Of a DNA stretch of 64,000 bases, positions 1-13,439 are shown in pieces. The notes under the pieces were generated by a model, which was given only the letters and a program-made list of their open reading frames with translations, searched no databases and was not told the origin of the DNA. The translations under genes were made by a program, and so were the position numbers. Source of the stretch: Epiperipatus broadwayi (lineage: Eukaryota; Animalia; Onychophora); the NCBI GenBank assembly GCA_028023455.1, contig JAQFVV010000008.1:18352001-18416000 (forward strand), in the 5' to 3' direction. Position 1 is the first letter of the stretch, and each line of letters starts with the position of its first letter.

Positions 1-1020
1 AGATGACCAAGCATGGACAACCAGCACACAAGGCCCCATGATGTCGCGAGAAAATACCTCATTTTTAAGCACTGCCCCTTCTAAGAACTTAGACAGATCA
101 TCCACAAGGAGTAGTATCCAGAAAAAATATCAGGCATTGAGCTAGCCCTTTTCATCTCTTGTGAGTCTTAGGGGCTATAGATGATGTCTATTCATGAGAC
201 CAAGGCCTATTCATGAGGCCTACTTATACACTGCTGGACTACTCTGGGAGCTCAATATCTAGGTCTAGACAATGTCGAGCCTATACTTTGGAGCATCATG
301 AACACACTGCATCCAGGCAGCCCTGCTTCACCATCCACCACCATAAACATGAAAAGCACAAATTTACATATCACCTTTACCCTGCTCACATACCCCTTCC
401 ATCAGGTACCTTATCTTCATTGTTCTGAGGTATAACTACATCCAGGTTTGGGAGACTGAGGATCATGATCAGTTCTCCGCTGATAATTTTTCATGTTTTG
501 AAGTGATGGACTCCTATATTCTCTTGTCTCTGGTCATTTTTCAGGCCAGACATCATCATGGTTGCTTGCTTTTTTATCCACATCACTGCATGATTTTTTA
601 ATGATATGGGTCTGATAAAGGCTATGCATTTCACCTGTTGAATTTCTTCTTCTCTTCCATAGTGGTGCTTCATTTCTAGGAATAAATAAAGGTTTATTCT
701 TAAATGGTTCTTCTGCCATAGCAATTATTTTTTTCATTTTTTTTGTTATTTGTAAAAGTTTCCTGATGCTTCATTTTTTTCACATTTATAAATCCTGAGT
801 TTTCAGACTCCTTTTTGGTTTCTTTTCCTGCAGCAGCAAGTATATTTTTAATAACTGTCTTTGTAACCTTTTTATTTTTTTTGTACTCAATTTCTGATTT
901 GAGTTGATTGAGCTTTTGTTTATGTTTTCTACATAAGGCTGAGGACTAACATACTTTTCCTTCAGATTTATGGTTTCTCTTTCCACCTCTGTTACTGCTT
1001 CAGAGCATATATCAGGCAAT

Positions 1021-1282
1021 ATTTTCTTCCATATTGGACAGTTCCTTGTTACATGAGAATTTTGATTATCTTCATTTTCATGTTTTACCTCTTCTGATTC
1101 AGAAGCTTTTAATTTTGCTTTATTAGATTCATTTTCATCAGTTTTGATTATTTTCTTCCATATTGGACAGTTCCTTAGTTACATGAGAATTTTGATTATC
1201 TTCATTTTCATGTTTTACCTCTTCTGATTCAGAAGCTTTTAATTTTGCTTTATTAGATTCATTTTCATCAGTTTTGATTATT
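1021..1282. repeat. ~130-bp tandem duplication
   Basis: attttcttccatattggacag...gttttgattatt starts at 1021 and again at 1150. Confidence 0.95.
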
Positions 1283-1422
1283 AGTGTTGATTGGGTGGAA
1301 TAGTTTCAGGAAATTCTTTAGCTGCCTTATTTTTTTGAATTTTTTCTTTCTCACCCAATTTTTTAGACCGAGTTATTTCTTTTAGATTATTGCAAAAAGT
1401 TTCATTTTTTGTAAGCTGATTT

Positions 1423-1640
1423 ATGCTCATCTCTTTGTTTATCTCTTCCTTTATTTTCTTCTTCACATTGTTTGTTATCTTCTGTTCTTTGTTTATCTCT
1501 TTTTTGTTATCTTCTTCTCTTTGTTTATCTCTTTTTTTGTTATCTTTGTTATCATCTTCTCTTTGGTCATCTCTTTTTTGTTATCTTCTTTTTGTTTATC
1601 TCTTTTTTTGTTATCTTCTTTTATCATTTCCATGGCTGGA
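1423..1640 (-). repeat. Low-complexity minisatellite encoding K/E/I/T-rich repeats
   Basis: Repeated tttgttatcttct / tttatctctttt units; the source of the spurious hydrophobic plus-strand ORFs. Confidence 0.9.
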
Positions 1641-2833
1641 CTAGCATGGGAGCCTCCTTCATATTCTGTGCTTGTTGTTGATCTTCTGCTTTGGGATCAT
1701 TATCTTCTCACTTTTGTCCTTCATCACGAAGATTCTCTTTACTTTCTGTGTTCATCATCTTTTTGCTCTGGTTATCATCTATTTGAACTACAATTAATTT
1801 CTTTGCTATATTTACTCTCTGACAACTTCTTACTATTGACTTTCTTTTATTTTTTTATTTAATAAGCTTTTCTCTCTCGCTCCACACCATGGTTCAGCTT
1901 CATCTTCTTTCTCATGCCTGTTTTGTTCTTATTGCCATTTACTTTACTCAGCTATCTTAAATGGCCCTTCTCTTTTTATTGGCTCATTTTGCATCCCCAT
2001 ACCATATGCACTGTTCACATTTACAGAATCATAATTGCATCTGCCTTTTACACTTCTTGTTCAGCTGATTTCTTCTTTTATTTCTAAAGGCAGATTAACT
2101 AAATTGAGCCTCACATTTAGGGTGACAAATGTAACCAGACAAGGTCATCCAACCTCTTTACATCAGTTGTAACTATTTCCTGATGAGCATGTTGCAGGAA
2201 GGAATTATCGATTGGCATTATCCCCCCTACAATAATACTTCCTGCTCATCAAAGGATGTAGCACCATAGAAACTGGAAGCATCTAGAAATTTATCTGTTT
2301 GGTTTCCCAAACAGCGCCACTAGAGTTCCATCTCACTACAACTTTACTTACCATTGTCTAGTTATGCCGAACATAACTCAGGAGGCATGAGATTCTTGTG
2401 AAGTAGTGCATAAATGGATGAATGATCTAAATGAAATTGACAAATGATATTATTTATTTTGAAACAACAATTTTAGTTAACAACAATGTGAATTAAAGTT
2501 GATAAACAGAGCAAACTGATCATGTGAATTAAAGTTGTTAAAGAAGAGAAAGGAAAAGTTTGCTGAGTCTCTATATGGGCTGTCTTCCTATCTGTCTGCA
2601 CATCACGGATGTTTTCTGATTGTTCCTGAATGGGAATTATTCTTCTAGGTTCGAAGCTCCCTCATCTTCATAGATACGTATCCATGTGTATAGCAGTCAT
2701 TAATTTAGTTAGGTATCTTGAAGTGTTTATTCTATCCAAGTATCTTGAGGCATTTACTTTATCCATGTATTGAGGATTATGTATTTTAATCCAGGAATCC
2801 CAAAGTATTAATTTTTTTATTTTACATATCATA

Positions 2834-3445
2834 CATTGTGTGGTTTTGAACCACTTATTTCTCATATCAATACAATTTGAAGTCATTATTGGGAAGAGAT
2901 TTATTGTTACTTATCATATTCAGTGTGGGTTTGAACCACTTATTCACCATAACATTACATTTTGAAGTCATTATTTGAAAGAACATTATATTATTATATT
3001 CAGTGTGGGTTTGAACCACTTATTCATCATATCATTACAATTTGAAGTCATTATTGGGAAGAGATATATTACTACTTATCATATTCAGTGTGGGTTTGAA
3101 CCACTTATTCATAATATCACTACATTTTGAAGTCATTATTCGAAAGAACATTATATTATTATATTCAGTGTGGGTTTGAAACACTTATACATAATATCAT
3201 TACAATTTGAAGTCATTATTGGGGAGAGATGTATTATTACTTATCATATTCAGTGAGGGTTTGAACCACTTATTCGTCATATCCATACCATTTGAGGTCA
3301 TTATTTGAAAGACATTATATTATTATATTCAGTGTGGGTTTGAACCACTTATTCATCATATCATTACAATTTGAAGTCATTATTGGGAACAGATGTATTA
3401 TTACTAATCATATTCAATGTGGATTTGAACCAATTATTCATCATA
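2834..3445. repeat. Satellite with alternating ~80/85-bp monomers (165-bp higher-order repeat)
   Basis: cagtgtgggtttgaaccac anchor at ~2836, 2921, 3001, 3086, 3166, 3251, 3330, 3415; monomer tails alternate between gggaagagat... and tgaaagaacat... Confidence 0.95.
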
Positions 3446-4772
3446 TTATATTCAGTGCTTTAATAATTAATCAATCCAGAAAATGACATTTTATTAAATC
3501 CTAGATTATCTTAATAAACATATCTTACAAAATATTTTTATTTCATCCATTACTCCACAGCGTTCCATTTTTAAATATGTTTCCCTTTTGTATTACTTAC
3601 AATCAATTAATTTAAAAGCAACATTTCATTATATCATATTTTAACTTAAAAAAGACAATTTGCAAAATATTTTTACTTATCTTAATAGGTTATAAAAGCT
3701 GCACAAATTTTCTACCTGAACCTACATCTGCTGGTTCCAGAGGCAATTCATTCTATCACTTTTCCAATCAATGAGGGGGTTCTGAGAGCTTGACAAGCCG
3801 ATGGGCAGTTCACAGGCTTTGATTTATTTTACTTCATAGCTGAACTGAGAGAGAAAGCTATTTTCAATTATTCAAACATTTGAAGATATAATATTTTAAC
3901 CACTTGTGTCTTCATTTAATTTTTTATTAGTTATAAGTTCCTTTTTATTGTTCCCTGTTCTCCAAGCCTTGTTGGGCTAGTATTCATATAATATGGATTT
4001 TTGTAATAACAGTCTTGATGCATTCGTTCTGATGTCTGCTACAAAAATCTCTTAAGCAATCTCTATTCCTCTATTTATCTCTTTATGCTTTTGGTGGGAA
4101 CAGATTCTAATAACTCTTATCTAATGTTTTTGGAAAAACAGCTATTGATTTTTAAGCCCACGGCAATCTTTATTTTTATTAATCGTTAATTACAGCCTTC
4201 TTTTTGATAATCCGTAAACTTTAAACTTTTGCAAAATATTGCATTTTAACAGTACTTTTATTATTTTAAAATATTAATTTTTAAATTGCTGTCATCTTTT
4301 TATTTCTTCATTATAACTTTTATTTTTTTGAAACTGTGTCAGCTTTTTTTTCTTATTTTATCTTGACAGTTTCAAAATTGGGGAGGGGGGGAGGACGGAC
4401 GACGACTTAAAATTATATATGTGAAACAACCTGTTTGTTTCAATATGTACACACTGATTGCTGTTACATAAAGATATTTTACTTTATATTATATTGTGTT
4501 ATTATAAATGCATCAAAAAAAGATTTAAATGATTACAATCAGTAAATATTTGTATTTCCTATTTTAATTTGTCAATTATTTTAAGCCTTCTAGTCAGTTA
4601 CTAAATGTTTGCTTTTAAAATCTTTATTTTGCTTATGACACTAACAATTATTCTGGCAAGTAAAAAATACCATATTTTCTTTTAATCATCTAATAATAAA
4701 ATCATTATCAGAAAAATCACAATTCTTCTTTTTAATGAATTCTAGAAAAGATTTACTTGCATCCATAACACA

Positions 4773-4895
4773 TTCCTCAAGAGAATTCCATGATTTAGTA
4801 ACATGACAATTTTGAAAATTCAAATTAACAGTTTTCCTCAAGAGAATTCCATGATTTAGTAACATGACAATTTTGAAAATTCAAATTAACAGTTT
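4773..4895. repeat. 61-bp tandem duplication
   Basis: ttcctcaagagaattcc...aattaacagtt at 4773 and 4834. Confidence 0.95.
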
Positions 4896-5268
4896 TACTA
4901 TTTAATAGCTGGTGAAGTTTAGCAAGAATACTAGATACTTCTAACAATTTCTTTCAAATATGATGAATAAGATTTAATTTTTAAGGCAAATATTTTTATC
5001 TTGGCATATACAAATTTATAATTTATCCAGTTTGTATTTGGAAGTGTTTGTGTAAATGAACTCTGATTTTCTAATTTATAACTATAATATATTAAATGCC
5101 ATTGTTTTGAGTATAGACTTGTCCATGTTCATTTTAGAGACATTTTACTTTCTAAATAAAATGTTTGCGATAGTCAATACATTTATTGAGTAAAAATTTA
5201 ATAACAGCAGACCATTTGATTTACAATAATAACACTATTATTTCCATTAATTTTTGGCCAAAGCCTAC

Positions 5269-5370
5269 TTTTTTTTTTCATATGTCAAAGCATCCATCGT
5301 CTGGGAAGCGAACCCGCGACAACTGTCTGCTTGCTTGCAAGGCGGCTGCATTGACCTCTCAGCTACTATT
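5269..5370 (-). mobile_element. tRNA-derived SINE head
   Basis: Minus strand has A-box TAGCTGAGAGGT, B-box GGTTCGCTTCCC and a short A tail; GC/CpG-rich relative to flanks. Confidence 0.7.
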
Positions 5371-5391
5371 TGTTCTAAAATATGTATAATC

Positions 5392-5624
5392 ATCACATAT
5401 TCATCTATAATAGTTTTTTTTAATTCTTTCCTTTCCTTTATATATTTTCAATGGCCAAATTTATTTATAAATAGTTACTATCCTACAAAACCCAATAAAA
5501 GGATATCCATCACATATTCATCTATAATAGTTTTTTTTAATTCTTTTTTTTCTTTTATATACTTTCAATGGCCAAATTTATTTATAAATAGTTACTATCC
5601 TACAAAACCCAATAAAAGGATATC
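5392..5624. repeat. 117-bp tandem duplication
   Basis: atcacatattcatc...aaaggatatc at 5392 and 5509. Confidence 0.95.
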
Positions 5625-6419
5625 TTACTTTTAAATTTTTAATAATTATTTTATATATAAAAAGGTGCAAATCTGAATAAAGCTTGGACATTTTTTCAAG
5701 TAGTTGAAAATTTTTCCAGCAAGCTTTGGATTTTTTGAGGTAGAAGACTCGTATCCAACCAATCTCACAATCAAATATTAGTCAGTACATAGATCTCTAA
5801 CTACCCTTAGCTGAAGAATAGATGAAGTCATAATCGGATTTATTTAGTTGAATATTGATCAGATAACAGTAAAAAAAAAAAAAATCAACAATGGCAGTGT
5901 CATATATCAATAATACTGAAATTATGAATATTTTTATAAACATGCAATGAAAATCAAATTTCTATTACAAAACAAATTATTTAGCAGAATATCAATAATC
6001 AATGAAATTATATATATAATTAAAGCAACGTAGGTGTGTATATTCTTAAGTGTATACATGTAATAGAATAAAAAAATGACTTTTTTTAAATTCATATAAA
6101 AAATATTTTATTCATTTATATACTTCAAAGATGAGAAAACCTCTGAAATTTTTATTGGGGGGGGGGGTTGAAATATCCCACCCCCTCCAAGTCGAATTAA
6201 GTTGCCAAAGTGTAAGTAATATAATACACTGTAGTTTGCAGTTATTTATAATTAAGTGTTGATAGGTTTTAAAGATAGTACAGTAATAGGTTTTAAAGAT
6301 AGTAAATAATGGAATGATTTTCAGATATGAGGATTAAATATGATAAAAAATATACAGTGCCTAAATAATAATATCGTTTTTAATCTTCTTTTTTTATTAT
6401 CTTCGATCACTTAATTAGT

Positions 6420-6960
6420 GTGGGCCCAAACATTATAAACCTTTTATTCTATTGGTCATCGCCCTGCACAAATTGTGACAATGGAGGTATGTCCATGGAA
6501 GTAAACAGAATATTGGATATGAGAAAATTTATGATAATTGCAAGGGAAATTGTTTACTGTTTAATGCTCAAACAAAATGTTAGCAACAAGAGAATATACA
6601 CATAAATGTAGAAATGTGGCAGATTTAGACTGCAGGTTGTGTAATGAAGGCATAGAAAATATTAGACATTTGCTAATGGAAGGTAAATGCGTATAAATAG
6701 AAAGGTACAAATAGTGTTGTGGAAGAATAAATATAAATCAAGTAATACAGAAAGGAGGTTCTTGGTCTTCATGCTGGGATTGGGAAAAGATGTGGGATAT
6801 AGATACAAAGACCATGGAGTGAACAAAGATGATGTTGTGGAAATGGGATAGAGCAGGATAGAGAAGAATATGGTAAAACAGAGAGGAGTAGAAAGGGAAG
6901 TTAGGGTTGCTAACAGATTTTTCTTGGACATATTGGCAGAGAGATTTCTGATTTCAATAA
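6420..6960 (+). mobile_element. 3' fragment of an L1/Tx1-like ORF2 (C-terminal CCHC zinc finger)
   Basis: 6631-6690 encodes CRLCNEGIENIRHLLMEGKC (CxxC...ExxxHLxxxC pattern). Confidence 0.55.
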
Positions 6961-7199
6961 AAGAGTAGCCATATCACATCACATCTATTCTTTAATTACA
7001 AACACAAAGATTCTGACTCAAATTCTTTTTTTCATTGTTTTAAACTCAAACCTCAAGAATTAAAACACAATGTCAAACACAGCAGAAAATTAGCAGTTCT
7101 TAGATGTAATCTTTGCTAGAGATGGTACTAACATTAATAAGTCAATTGTAAAATTTGAGAAATAAGTTTCAACATATTAGGCAGCCCTATTTAGGGATC

Positions 7200-9506
7200 T
7201 TCTTCCTATCATAAAAATAGAAATGGTCTAGAAAAGATGATCTCAAAATGATCTGTTTAACACAGTCTGACTAGGTTATTGTGACTGATGGATTGCTCAT
7301 TAAAGTGATAGAAATAATAACATTATCATTAGTAATGATAAGCAAAAGGTAATAGAACTATTAAAGGCAATTTTTTTCTTCTTAAAATTTTACTTGATAA
7401 ACCTCTTCAAGACTTATTCATCAGTGGTGATTAAGGAATTGCAAGAGAAAAAATGAGTTTTTGGAAGGGTAGATCAAGAAATGATAAGTATAAAGTTTAA
7501 TTTAGTATCTTCTATTTTGGAATTCTTCAATATATCAATGAAAGACTAAAGATAGTAAAACATGGCAATATTTATTTTATTAGTGTATATGCTCCAATAT
7601 TCAGAAAATTTGGAGAAAGTTTTTATTCTTTTGGAAAGCATTATTACAGCAATATCGTTAAAGGATAACATATTTCTTCTTGGAGATTTTAATGCACATG
7701 TTGGTATAAATAAGTTTTGACCATGTTTTGGATTTATTGAATTTTTGCATAACACATGGTTTAACTATTAAACATTTGTTTAAACAGAAAAATCACTATA
7801 AAGGATCATGGATGTATCCACATTCAAAACAATGGCTTTAATGGATTACATTACAATTAGGAATTAAAATACAAAAGTTTATATTATGGGGAACAAATTG
7901 TTGGAAGAATTACAAATTAATTTGCTCCAAGATTAAAACATTAAAATAAGATCTTATTCCAATCATACTTGGAAAAAAAGTGATGTTTAGTTTTTAAAAG
8001 TACTTACTATTTGTGTTAAATTTCAACAGATATTAAGCACTAAAATTGAATTTTCAGGTTTAACATAATAAGGAGTGTGTTTTAGATATAAGTAAACCTA
8101 TTTTTCAATTGACTAAAACAAAAAAGGAAATCATAACAGTTTTTTTGACAAAGATTTTACTATTAGTGATTTGATTAAAAGGAGACATGCAGTATTTTCG
8201 GTTTAACAGAGTAATAAAATGAATATAGAGCTTCATAATAAACATACAAGTTTAATACAGAAATCCAATAACCAACAAAATGACTGGAAGATTAAAACTG
8301 CAAAAAAGACACAGACATTTGCTGATCGTGGTTCTTTAAATCCTTTTCTGCATGCATTGAATATAACATAGAGACCTGAAAAATTCACTAATATGATGAC
8401 AATATTTTAAACAGATGAAAGGAGTATTTTGATCATTTTTTAAATAATGACATAAAAATTTAAAATATGTTTTTTAATGACATATCCATTTTATATACTT
8501 ATTTAGATTTGGACAAAATATCCAATTTAGTGAAGTCAAAACAGTTCTTAGTAATCTTTAAAAGTGGACAGACTGCAGGTCTCGATGAGATACCTGAGGT
8601 ATGTTAGCTTCAAAAATATTGAAATTCTTTAGTAATATATATCACTTGATTTTAAGAATGCTTCTATTATCCTAATTTTTAAAAATAAAGGGCATAGACA
8701 AGATTGTACTAATTATTATGGATTATTACCCATTGCAACAATAGCACTTTTAAGAATTTTGTTAAATATATTGCTTTACCAGAGATTCATTATGGTTATA
8801 GGCAATAAAGCCTGCCATACAATGCAAGAAATATGTTGAGAACAAAAAAAGTTATTCATTTTTTATTGATTTGGTCAAGGCATTTGACTTAATTAATCAA
8901 ATAAATGTTTGAAATTCGTTAGTTGACCACCAAAGTTTATTATTCACATGATGAAATGACAGGAAGAGTTTACTAATGCAAATATAAAGTCTAAGGTATT
9001 TGAAAACTGATATTGAATAAGGATATGTATTTGCTCCAACACTGTTTTCAATTTTTCCTTGTGACAGTAAACTTTGGAATTATTTATAGATAACTTTGTA
9101 CATCAGGAATCAAAATGCAATATAGGTTTGAAAGTAAATTTTTAATTTGAAGTGAATTAAATGCAGAAAGAGAACTTCATCTTCTTGGATTCCGGATTTA
9201 GGGTATGTATGCTAATGATTGTGCTATTTTTGCTAGTTCAAAATATGATATACTGAATGTGCTTTGTATTTTGAATGCAACATATATAGACTCGAGTTTA
9301 CTAATTAATGTTTAAAAAACATTGTTTTTTTTTTGAGCCAGTGATAAAATAAAAATCTTTATCTTGGATAGTTATTAACTTGAAAATTTAAGTCAATTTA
9401 AATATCTTGGTAGCTTTTTAAGTAGAAAGATGGCTTTAGATGTTGAGATGCAGTATAAACTTTAACATACTGCTGCTATTTTAATAAACAATGTAATTGT
9501 ATATAG
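7200..9506 (+). mobile_element. Decayed RTE-clade LINE (APE endonuclease plus RT), 5' part
   Basis: FISVYAP (~7577), GDFNAHVG (7682), WMYPHSKQW (~7809), FIDLVKAFD (~8862), LAPTLFSIF (~9030), YANDC for YADD (9208), FKYLGS (9397); many stops and frameshifts. Confidence 0.9.
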
Positions 9507-11260
9507 TGTAATGGGACCAGATGTTTACCTATTTTTTTTAAAGTACTCGTCTTTACGCGATTATGAACATGTATATCTATATACGCGTATGAACAAAAAT
9601 GTCCTATACATATATAATTTTCTTCAATATCATACTCAGTATATTTATGGATGTCTAACTAAAGACTCCAAGTGCCTAATCTCACCCGTAGGTAAGAATT
9701 ATACTGGACAATATGAAAGTATGTAAAAAGATGATAAAATGACCCGGCCTGCAGCTAGCTTTCTCAGGGCAGGTGGCAAAATTACTGACAGTAGATCTAA
9801 CCCTCTCTTTTTTTTTTTCAAAAAAAAAAAACTCAAAACATAAAAAAAAAAACCATTCATCATTTTATACATATTTATTAGTAATAATATTTACGTAAGT
9901 CAAATCAGTTCTATTTTTTTCTTTATTATTTATCCAAGATTCCTATTAGCTTTCCCTTTTGTTAGTTTACTCTTTTCTTTTTTTGCCAAAGCCCACACAC
10001 ACACAAATACACTATAATATGTATGTTTCAATGAAGATTTAATAATAGATGAATTAATACGCTAATAAAGACAGTAGGAAATAATTTAAACTCTCTGTGC
10101 AAAAAGAAAAATTAAGTTCACAATTTGGTCAAACAACAGTTTTCTAAATTATGTGGAGTAAGCTTACTAAGAGTTCACATATATATGCAAATAGAAAAAA
10201 GATACCTGTGTTATCCCTGGGGAATTGATTGGATTCACCTGGTGAAAGAGAAATCTCCGGTTCTTGGACGATGAACGGACTTTTTGAAGTTCGAATTCCA
10301 TGGCTGAATTCTATTTATTTATTTATTCTTTTACACATCTCATGACGATCCAACATTTACTTATTGAGGTGATTTTCCAGGCTTGACGTCCTTCTCCGAT
10401 ATTGGCAACTGCTATATATTCAGGGGAAGGATTCGAACACTTCACATGTTGAAGTTTCTACCCCAGCCTGATCATATTTTATCAATATATAACATTGATC
10501 TCTGGATTCTTATTTCTGTATATAAGTCTAAAATCTCTTTTCTTCCACTCCCAAACTTATAATAATTAATTCTTTTTTTTTAATTATAAAATTTATCTTT
10601 CTTTTCAAATCAGGAATTGCCGACTCTGCCCCTTCTCTTAATTCTTTTTTTTTCATTCATTTTTCCTTTTTCCATTTCCAATTAAGATTCCATGTGTCTT
10701 CGTTGGAATGCACCGTAAAAGTTTTTTACACCTTTTTTTTTCTAATTAGAATTTAATTAGAACTTGACATTCCAAGGTTTTTTTAACAGTCACTTTCATT
10801 GTTCTGTAAATCACTGTCTTCCATATTGGCATTTATAGTTCTTTCTTTGACTTAATATATATATATATATATTTAAAAGTTTATCAAACAAAATTTTTTT
10901 ATTTTATTTTGTGAATTTTCATATTTAATTGATTCAAAATGCACTCATACATACATATACATAGCGATGTGCAGAACTGGGTTTGGCAAAAGAAAAAAAA
11001 TCAGAGCATGTGTATACCCCCCATACCTCTTTTATGAGCTTTTTCATTGAAATAATAAATCTACAATTCAATATGACCACACAAATGAACGTTGATTATA
11101 CATTAACTTGTAAATATTAGTTTTGTTAGTAAAGTAATATATATATATATATTTAATAATACGTTAGTAATAATATATATATATATATTTTAATACATTA
11201 AGTATACGAATACATATTTGTCTAATTATCACAAGGTTTGATTATACCTGCCCTGTTGCA
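9507..11260 (-). repeat. 3' LTR of the gag-only element
   Basis: About 94% identical to the 13440 copy in a ~155-bp sample counted by eye; several differences are at CpG sites. Confidence 0.9.
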
Positions 11261-11500
11261 ATAACACCCTCCCAGAAGCCTTTAAATATGGTCTGAGTAT
11301 TTGAATGGCTCCTAAATACCTGTCCTATACTTGCGAATATTACAATATTTTAATAATTTTATACAAATATTCCATGTGTGTACTTATATAAGTATCAAAA
11401 TCTATCACTGAAATACACATGCATAAAACAATATTCACTTGCTAAGTCTGATTATATATTTTCCTGTCCATTTCCCTTGGTTTCATTTCCTGTCCAGGAT

Positions 11501-12444
11501 TCAGTTTCTCTGGCAGTCGACGTCTTCATATGGATATTTCCACTTTGGCTTAGTCTCACTGTCCCATGTTTTCCTGCCTTCTTCTGTTCTGTCTGTTTGT
11601 TCCCCATAATCATGAGTACTTATATCAATGGCAGTTAGCAATTCGACCACTTCTTCAATAGACATCCTTCTCGCCCCCAGCATCATCTGTTCTACCTTCA
11701 TTGGCATGTTCTGCCTTACAAGACATATTATATTCTTTTCCGACAAATTACAAGTGTCCAGCATTCATAATCTCGCCACCTGCCGATGGAAAAACTGTGA
11801 TTAGCTTTGCTTATCCTCTTCGGCGTATTTCTCTTGCATAAACCAATACCATATCAATTCCTGATGCTCTTCAAACCAGAAAGCATTCCTTATTTCTCGC
11901 TGATAGTCCTCAAAGGTTGTGGGCTGCTAAAGAAGTGAATCCACCAAGATTGAGCACTCCCCATAAGGTTACCGCATGCTATCGCAATTTTACATTCTTC
12001 TGCCATGAGGTTAATGCTGAAGTATCTCCTCAGGCTTTAAAAATGTTCTACGGGTGCCTCTTCCATCTGTACAGCGAACTGCCGAATCTTTAAAAATTGG
12101 TTTACATTAGCCGGTGCTGCCGCATATTTTACCACTATGCCAGATTTTTCTGTGGCATCTCTTGGTTTTACCTGAACATTTTTCTCTTTGCTTGCCTCCA
12201 TATTGTCATTTATTTCCTTCCCTCATGGTTCTTCTTTGTCTATGTTCGCCTTTTCTTCCCCCTCCCCGGTGCTACTCTCCTTTTCTATTCCCACCATCCA
12301 TTCCAAACTTTCCAGTCTTTCTTCAAATTCCTGAAACTTAGATTCTATATTTTCTAACTTCTTTATAATCACTTCCAACATCTTATGTTCCTCTCCCTTT
12401 TCTTTCCCTTGTTCCTCCATTTTATTTTGAGACCTTGTTTTCAT
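11501..12444 (-). pseudogene. gag: Disrupted retrotransposon gag
   Basis: MKTRSQNK start, coiled-coil, EEAPVEHF, GNLMGSAQSWW, LDTCNLSEKNIICLVRQNMPMKVEQ; collinear with the 60767-62017 gag. Confidence 0.85.
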
Positions 12445-13439
12445 GAAATTTCGTTAACTTCCTTTTTTTTTTGTTTGTTTATGATATATAGTATATTTCT
12501 TTCCATTTTCTTTTTGTTCTCTACATGCTAGGTTCCGAACCTCTAAAACCCCTGGATTTCCTTATGCCTTAAATATTTCTTAAGTATATATACTTATAAT
12601 TTTACTGTGGACCGATTAATATTTCACTATATTAATTCGACTTATTCTTGTTTACTACTTTTATAAAACTTCGCTTTGAAAACTAGTACAGATAGACTAT
12701 TGTTATTTCAAAACCTTGGTTTTAAAGTTAGTTTCAAATTCAGAAATTGTCAAAATGATTATAGAAGTAAAAAGTGTAAAATATATTAAAAATCATAGCT
12801 ATTGTGTGGGTGTAGATTTAAGTATAATTCATTACTTGAATATACTTTAAAACAAAATTCATTTAATAAAAAAAAAAAATTTAATTTATTATTTATTTTT
12901 ATTTAATTGTGACATCTTATAGTGATAAGTGGCCAAAATCAAATAATTATTTTGTATCTAATTAAAATGGATTAACTGCAAAGGTTAACCACTTAAAGAC
13001 TCGTTTACTTTTAAATATTTGTATTACTTTTTTTTCTTTACAAAAAAAATCAATCGCGAACAAGAAAAACATTTACTTCCGTTATTTATATATAAAAAAA
13101 AATCCATAATAAACTGAAAGTTTTTTAAAACCAGTCTAACCTAAACTGATTACTTTATGAAAACGCTTTTATATTCTGCACTCAGTTGGTATTTTTCATA
13201 TAGCCTAAAAAGTTGTTTTTTTCTTATAAAACTTAATATTAACTACATCCAACTCTGCCAATATAATATAGCTTCCGTTTTTCTAATTTTTTCTTTTGGC
13301 TAAAACAATAATGATCTGACAAAACCGATATGTATATATTCATTTATTTTCTTAAAAAAAAATTCATGCTAATTTCTTTTATATTTTTCTTTCCCTCACT
13401 GCCCTACTTTTCTTTGATCGCCTTTCGTTGGGATGCCAT

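Larger units (their letters stand above)
1..2320 (-). mobile_element. Decayed L1/Tx1-like LINE, 5' half (ORF1 plus start of APE endonuclease), running off the window start
   Basis: Minus strand ~2130-2060 reads VRLNLVNLPLEIKEEI (ORF1 RRM-like), followed by K/E-rich low-complexity coding remnants (ORFs 1281-1466, 786-1019, 534-737) and near 450-400 LPNLDVVIPQ, resembling the endonuclease DVxxLQE motif. Many stops. Confidence 0.4.

Noticed and set aside
2170-2260. CTGATGA within an inverted repeat as a hammerhead
   Set aside because: GAAA is not positioned after stem II; it is a simple hairpin
2834-3445. CRISPR-like regular repeat array
   Set aside because: Inter-repeat segments are two alternating homologous types rather than unique spacers; eukaryotic context and no cas genes
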